From a virus (taxonomy: Duplodnaviria > Caudoviricetes): a stretch of 60,863 bases of DNA. How positions within the stretch are numbered: position 1 is the first letter of the stretch; each line of letters opens with the position of its first letter. Position numbers and translations under genes: made by a program. The notes below the pieces were generated by a model, which saw nothing but the letters and a program-made list of their open reading frames with translations, did not search any database and was not told the origin of the DNA. The stretch covers positions 1 through 60,863 of IMG/VR virus record IMGVR_UViG_3300032333_000288. One strand, 5' to 3'. Of this stretch, positions 56,287 through 60,863 are shown one piece after another.

Positions 56287-57462
56287 CTACACGAGAATGT
56301 CTTGATTCGCCAATCCCCATTTTGCGTACCTCCCCGTGCTCAGGATGTTCTTGTCGCGCGCCGTGGCGGCGCGGACGAAGGCCACCTGGATCTCGCGGCT
56401 CAGCCGTTCGACGTAGTCCATGACACGGTCGAAGTTGCTGGCCTTGGTCTTGTCGCTCAGCGTCATGACCACCGCGTGGGTGACAGGCGTGGAGCCCGGC
56501 AGTTGTGCACGCTTCGGATCCATCATGATGCTGTCGATGTCAGGCATGTCCTTGATGTCGCGGACGAAGCCGGTGAACTCGCCAGCGGCGCCTTCACCCA
56601 CGGTGCCCTTGATCAGCTCGAACTTCTCACCGGCGGTGTAGTCGCGCTTGTAGATGCGGTCCACGCCGTACCAGGCGCGCGGCGTCGGGAAGCAGCGCGG
56701 GTTCGCCGTGGTGTCGAAGGCGTGCAAAGCGTGGGTTTTCAGCTTGATGAAGGCACGGATGTGCGGGTGAATATCGTCGTCCGCTGCACGCATCAGCCAG
56801 TCGGTGGAATCCACCTCGTAGTCGATGTGCAGGAAGCGGTTCGCCAGCGGCGCGGCCATCTGGTACGTGATGCCTCGGTCGCCCTGATTGTTGCCAGCGG
56901 CCACGATGCTCCAGTTGTCGGGCAGTTCGTACTGGCCGATGCGGCGGTCGAGGATGAGCTGGTAGCAGGCGCTGGCCACAGCGGGCATGCCTCCGTTCAT
57001 CTCGTCGAGGAACAGGACACCAGGAGCGTCGCCCTTGCGCGGCAGGAAGTCGGCGGGCAACCACTCCATCTGCTTCTTCTTCGTGTCGGGCATGGGGAAG
57101 CCGCGGAGGTCGATGCTGTCGAGCTGGCTCACGCGCACATCGGCGAGTGAGCGCTTCGTGGCCTGAGCGATCTGGCTGACGACGCTGGACTTGCCGGCGC
57201 CCGACGGCCCCCAGATGAAGACGGGTTGCCGATCGTCGAGTAGCTTAGGGAGGACATGAGCAAGAATGGAGGGTTTCACGGATTTGGTTTCCTTGGGTGG
57301 GTTGTAGGTGGCGACGAGATAGCCGATGCCGAAGAACAGTGCGGCGACGAAAGCGAAGGTGCCGACGACGATCAGCAGCAGAACGCGGAATTGCTTGGTG
57401 CGGGACAGGGGAAGGAAGAGAGGCCGGCCGATTTCTTCCTCGTAGCTTTGGTTTTGGTTCAT
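56287..57462 (-). CDS. MoxR-like AAA+ ATPase with in-frame N-terminal TM extension; internal GTG start at 57279
   Basis: Walker A GPSGAGKS, Walker B LFLDE, AAGN, ANRF, TPRAW. Confidence 0.9.
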   Translation of the reverse strand: MNQNQSYEEEIGRPLFLPLSRTKQFRVLLLIVVGTFAFVAALFFGIGYLVATYNPPKETKSVKPSILAHVLPKLLDDRQPVFIWGPSGAGKSSVVSQIAQATKRSLADVRVSQLDSIDLRGFPMPDTKKKQMEWLPADFLPRKGDAPGVLFLDEMNGGMPAVASACYQLILDRRIGQYELPDNWSIVAAGNNQGDRGITYQMAAPLANRFLHIDYEVDSTDWLMRAADDDIHPHIRAFIKLKTHALHAFDTTANPRCFPTPRAWYGVDRIYKRDYTAGEKFELIKGTVGEGAAGEFTGFVRDIKDMPDIDSIMMDPKRAQLPGSTPVTHAVVMTLSDKTKASNFDRVMDYVERLSREIQVAFVRAATARDKNILSTGRYAKWGLANQDILV

Positions 57463-57503
57463 AGGCTACTCTTTGTTGTCAAGTGGGTTGGTGTACCACT
57501 GCA

Positions 57504-58043
57504 TTAAAAATCTCCCGACGCTACCTGGGCGCAGACGATGCCGTTGCGCCGCCACATATCGACGACGCGCTGGCGGTCGTCGAACACCATGACGAGGCGA
57601 GCGCGGTCTTCGGGGCTCATGGCGTGGAGCCAGGATTCCTTGAGCTGGTCATCGGGCGTGTAGTCGCCGGCGGGGCGCATCTTGACCAGCATATCGAACG
57701 GACCTGTGTACTTAAGGGAGACGTTCTGGTCAATCCAATCGAGTGTTTGTTCCCGCACAGTTTCCATGCGGCCTGACCAGATCCAAATCTCGGTCTTGAG
57801 ACAAGACAACGCCCAAACGATGTTAATGACCGGCTGAATCGGCGTATCGCCCACGCACGCGGCGTGGAAGGCGTCCCAGTTGGGCTTGAATGGGTGTTTG
57901 GCGCCACAAATGCACGTCGCTCGATCATTCGAGTTCCAGCAGGACAGACACCTGACACTTGGCCGCTCAACGAAGTGCCGGCGATGCTTCAGATCCGCGA
58001 GCGTGCCGTCGAGGTCGAAGATGTAGAGGGGTGTGGTGTTCAT
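57504..58043 (-). CDS. HAD phosphatase (PNKP 3'-phosphatase-like) with Cys-rich insert
   Basis: FDLDGT, SGR, MR...D...K, FDDRQRVVDMWR; insert CLSC...CIC. Confidence 0.85.
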   Translation of the reverse strand: MNTTPLYIFDLDGTLADLKHRRHFVERPSVRCLSCWNSNDRATCICGAKHPFKPNWDAFHAACVGDTPIQPVINIVWALSCLKTEIWIWSGRMETVREQTLDWIDQNVSLKYTGPFDMLVKMRPAGDYTPDDQLKESWLHAMSPEDRARLVMVFDDRQRVVDMWRRNGIVCAQVASGDF

Positions 58044-58171
58044 GACGCCGTCCGAAGTTTGTGGTTCATGCATTTGACATGGTTGACTGCGTTCCACCAG
58101 TCGCGCGCGTTGACGGGCTGTTTGTCGGAAGTGACGTGCCAGCGACCGCGTTTGAAGTAGAAGCGAATCAT
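58040..58171 (-). CDS. Small hypothetical protein (43 aa, MIRFYFKRGRW...)
   Basis: AAGGAAG RBS; ATGA overlaps at both ends. Confidence 0.5.
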   Translation of the reverse strand: MIRFYFKRGRWHVTSDKQPVNARDWWNAVNHVKCMNHKLRTAS

Positions 58172-58404
58172 GCTTCCTTCTTCCTCTCGCCACGTTGACG
58201 CGCAGGGCGTGCATCTGCCAGCCGGTCCAGTGGAATCTCGACGCCGCCACGATGCACGAAGACAGCGTAGGGCCCGGCCTGCCGGCGCGCTGCGCGGATG
58301 ATGCGGTATGCCAGTTCGGCGGTGCCTGCCAGGGTGGTGTACGTCCAGCGCTGCACCAGGGTGCCGTAGGGGCGGTGCAGTTCGACCACGTAGGGTGCGC
58401 TCAT
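58168..58404 (-). CDS. Hypothetical protein
   Basis: ATGA-coupled ORF. Confidence 0.5.
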   Translation of the reverse strand: MSAPYVVELHRPYGTLVQRWTYTTLAGTAELAYRIIRAARRQAGPYAVFVHRGGVEIPLDRLADARPARQRGERKKEA

Positions 58405-58616
58405 GGTTGACCCTTCACCCACGCTATTGCAGCCAATACCCTGGCGTTGTGAGCTCCGTATTCCGCAAGAATCTCGGCGCGCGTCTGGTCGCTTTGGCCG
58501 TACTTTTGCGCCATCTGTTCGGGTGTGCAGTTCCTGAACGCAGCGCGGGCGCGGTACAGGTCATCGCCGAGCATTTGCTCCAGCGCTCGAATTGCTAGTT
58601 GCTTATGTTCGTTCAT
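58401..58616 (-). CDS. Hypothetical protein
   Basis: GAGGAGGG RBS; coupled ORF. Confidence 0.65.
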   Translation of the reverse strand: MNEHKQLAIRALEQMLGDDLYRARAAFRNCTPEQMAQKYGQSDQTRAEILAEYGAHNARVLAAIAWVKGQP

Positions 58617-58914
58617 CTTCCCTCCTCTTGCGTTGGATGGCGGCTGCTAGCTTGCGGAAGTCGTGCCTGGGTTGCTTGGGCGCTAAGCCCTTCAGCTGCA
58701 TCGCCAGCCGGTGTGGGATCGGCGTGTTACCACGCGCGTTGTTGCATGGCTTGCATGCCAGCTTGAAGTTCGACTCGACATCGCGTCCGCCCTTGCTCTT
58801 GGGCTGCAGGTGGTCGACCGTGGCCGTGCTGCGGAACAACTGGCAGTTGCACATCCAGCACCAGCGCGGCTTGCGCCCCTCGAACTGCTTGTCAAGGTAC
58901 TCGGTCGGTCTCAA
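58603..58914 (-). CDS. Small HNH endonuclease (McrA-like)
   Basis: CWMC...TVDHLQPKSKGG...N...ACKPCN. Confidence 0.8.
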   Translation of the reverse strand: MRPTEYLDKQFEGRKPRWCWMCNCQLFRSTATVDHLQPKSKGGRDVESNFKLACKPCNNARGNTPIPHRLAMQLKGLAPKQPRHDFRKLAAAIQRKRREDERT

Positions 58915-59305
58915 GCCCCAACTCCCACACGCTGTTCGGGCCGCGCTTCTTGATTGGCGCCGCCTCCTTGGCAGGGACGATCTGTCGCTTCAACGGCAGC
59001 AGGTCAGCTGCGTCGATCTTCTCCAGGGCACGCTGCTCACACTTCTGCCTTGCTCGCAGCTCGGCGTAGGCTGCGCGGTCGGCGTACAACAACTCGATTC
59101 GACGTGCGACGGTGCCGGGCGGACCCCAGTAGATACCTCGACCACGCCTACGTGTGCGTTCGACGAGCTTGCGCTTCTCCAGAGTGACCAGGATGTGGCG
59201 GATGACACCGGGCGTGAGGTTGAGCTTTGCTGAAAGGTCGCTGACCTTGAGGCCGTCGGTCCCGACTTCGACAAGGGCGGCGTGGACGAGGTCGGTGTGG
59301 GTCAT
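58892..59305 (-). CDS. Winged-helix DNA-binding protein
   Basis: [30 protein letters not shown] followed by a wing segment. Confidence 0.7.
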   Translation of the reverse strand: MTHTDLVHAALVEVGTDGLKVSDLSAKLNLTPGVIRHILVTLEKRKLVERTRRRGRGIYWGPPGTVARRIELLYADRAAYAELRARQKCEQRALEKIDAADLLPLKRQIVPAKEAAPIKKRGPNSVWELGLETDRVP

Positions 59306-59790
59306 GTCAGCGAATCTTTCGGCATATTCTCCAGCGCTTTCGCAGGGTAAATCTGCACACTGCCTGGGTGGGCGTCGGACTCCACGGCATAGCCATCGGG
59401 CGTCAACGTCGTGCAGTATTCGCCCACCACGCGGCCCTGCCATGCAGACCCGCTGCGCTTACGCACACGGTCGCCACGGTTGAACGTGGGCTGCGGATGC
59501 TGGGCCTGAGGTGCTGCGTATAGCGGAACAACACGCCCACCAAAGTATTCGTCTGGCTCCCCGGTGTCAGCCCTAAATTCGCTGGGCGGCTCCGCGCCAA
59601 CGTAACTGCACTTCGGATTCTTGGGGTGCCATACCTTGTACGCCACCGGCTCAGACTGCGGCTCGGTCTTCCCAGTGGCAAGCATCCGGTCTATTTCGGC
59701 AACTACCTTGGCCGGGCAGTCCCGGTCATACTGCCAAGTCACGACCAGCATGCGCAGGTCTTCCAGTTGTTGGGTTACTGTGGCGTTCAT
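59302..59790 (-). CDS. Phage protein with a C-terminal DfrB (type II/R67 dihydrofolate reductase) domain
   Basis: [52 protein letters not shown] matches the R67 core, including VQIY. Confidence 0.9.
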   Translation of the reverse strand: MNATVTQQLEDLRMLVVTWQYDRDCPAKVVAEIDRMLATGKTEPQSEPVAYKVWHPKNPKCSYVGAEPPSEFRADTGEPDEYFGGRVVPLYAAPQAQHPQPTFNRGDRVRKRSGSAWQGRVVGEYCTTLTPDGYAVESDAHPGSVQIYPAKALENMPKDSLT

Positions 59791-60497
59791 TTCGTCTTCT
59801 CGCAGTTCTTGGCGTCGTCAGCGTGCTGGCAGATGTCAGTGCCCTGCCTGTCGCACCATGGGCACGTCATTGATTCCAGCGCAGTGCTGCAGTCTTCCCA
59901 CATCCAATCGTTTTGAGCGGCAGGCTCAGACTTAGGCTGCTCTAGGGCGTCACGTTCTGCGCACGCCTTTCCGTCTGCAAGGCCGGCGGTGTAGCCGGCG
60001 ATGAAGTCGGGGCGCTCCTTCAGAGGCTGTAGGGCGTGACCATTGCGCCATTCGTCGATCTCTGCTTGCTGTGCAGCAACCACCTCACTCGCACTGCAAT
60101 TCATCGGACTGCGCGGCAAGCGTTCCTGCCAGGGCTTCACGAACCGTGGTTGCTGGGCCTGTGGCACTTGCAGGGCAGCGATCCACTCATCGCCAATACT
60201 TCCAAGATCGTTTTCTCGGATGTAGCAGATGATTTCTCGTATGGTGCGAGACTGTGCCCCCGGCTCAGGCTGCGGCTCGGCTTGTTTGCATTTGCCCTCC
60301 GCTGCACACGGCTTGCAGACCAGCCAAGGACTGTCGTTGTCAGCACATTCGTGGACAGGCTGCGGCTCGGCCAGGGCGGCGCGGAGTGCTTCGGCATGCT
60401 CCCTAATGTCGTCATCGCATGCGCCTGTTTTACGCCAGCGGCGGTCAAGGAAATCTTCTGCCGCCTGCGCGGCTGTTCTCAGTTGCTCAGTCATCAC
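59787..60497 (-). CDS. Mosaic early-region hypothetical protein
   Basis: [12 protein letters not shown]-type linkers, two CxxC motifs. Confidence 0.65.
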   Translation of the reverse strand: MMTEQLRTAAQAAEDFLDRRWRKTGACDDDIREHAEALRAALAEPQPVHECADNDSPWLVCKPCAAEGKCKQAEPQPEPGAQSRTIREIICYIRENDLGSIGDEWIAALQVPQAQQPRFVKPWQERLPRSPMNCSASEVVAAQQAEIDEWRNGHALQPLKERPDFIAGYTAGLADGKACAERDALEQPKSEPAAQNDWMWEDCSTALESMTCPWCDRQGTDICQHADDAKNCEKTK

Positions 60498-60687
60498 TCA
60501 ATCTCCCGTGAAGGTTGACCGGCGGACCCACGTCCACCGGCTTGATCGGGCAGCGCTCGGTGCTGCACTCCCAGTACCCGCTGGACACGGCGCGCAAAGC
60601 GCTGCCGGTGCGCTTGCACTTAGGGCATGTGTCGGGCAGCTTCAGGCCCGTGTAGACCGGGCCATCGAGGGGGTGAGATTGGGTCAT
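60487..60687 (-). CDS. Small zinc-finger protein
   Basis: CPKC...C...C. Confidence 0.55.
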   Translation of the reverse strand: MTQSHPLDGPVYTGLKLPDTCPKCKRTGSALRAVSSGYWECSTERCPIKPVDVGPPVNLHGRLSDD

Positions 60688-60863
60688 GAGTGCCTCGGCT
60701 CGTAGCGCGCCGCGTGCGGCCCGCAGGCGCCGGCAGGATGGCGAGCGTCGATGCAGTAGCCGTACTCCACGCCCTTGGGGCCGCCCTTGCCGTGCGGATT
60801 GGGCTGAATCTTGCAGCGCTCAGCGTCCCTAGTGCCGCCGTCGTACATGTGGTGCGCGCAGGC
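60684..60863 (-). CDS. 3' part of a Cys-rich hypothetical protein truncated by the window end
   Basis: Open frame ACAHHMY...C...C...CGPHAARYEPRHS*, ending in an ATGA overlap. Confidence 0.55.
   Translation of the reverse strand, partial: ACAHHMYDGGTRDAERCKIQPNPHGKGGPKGVEYGYCIDARHPAGACGPHAARYEPRHS

Overview
The window is about 61 kb of a GC-rich, tailed dsDNA phage genome (or prophage-like contig) with two convergent arms. The + arm (1-38929) is the virion module: terminase large subunit, ferritin/Dps-like gene, portal, scaffold, N4-gp56-like major capsid, head-tail adaptor, a block of Ig/FN3/lectin/lyase-like receptor-binding genes, a lysis cassette (holin, DUF5675 lysin candidate, nested spanins), tail genes, internal virion proteins and a 3217-aa polyvalent protein. 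No tape measure or sheath gene is recognisable, so a podovirus-like virion is inferred. The spanins imply a Gram-negative host. The - arm (39003-60863) carries replication and early genes: ATP-dependent ligase, nuclease, DUF5664, 3'-5' exonuclease, SSB-like protein, Nmad5-like protein, family A DNA polymerase, SNF2 helicase, Cas4-like nuclease, a MoxR-AAA/helical partner/metallopeptidase-vWA trio, three HNH genes, a HAD phosphatase, a wHTH protein and a DfrB (R67 DHFR) domain fusion. No integrase, primase, tRNA, rRNA or CRISPR array was seen. Best leads: (1) effector-sized cassettes in the giant protein delimited by repeated KTEAP/KLNA linkers; (2) a structured ncRNA candidate inside the AAA-vWA operon; (3) a phage DfrB domain; (4) a ~20-bp operator-like motif found 7 times (one partial) between genes. 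All family names come from motif recognition by eye, not database searches.
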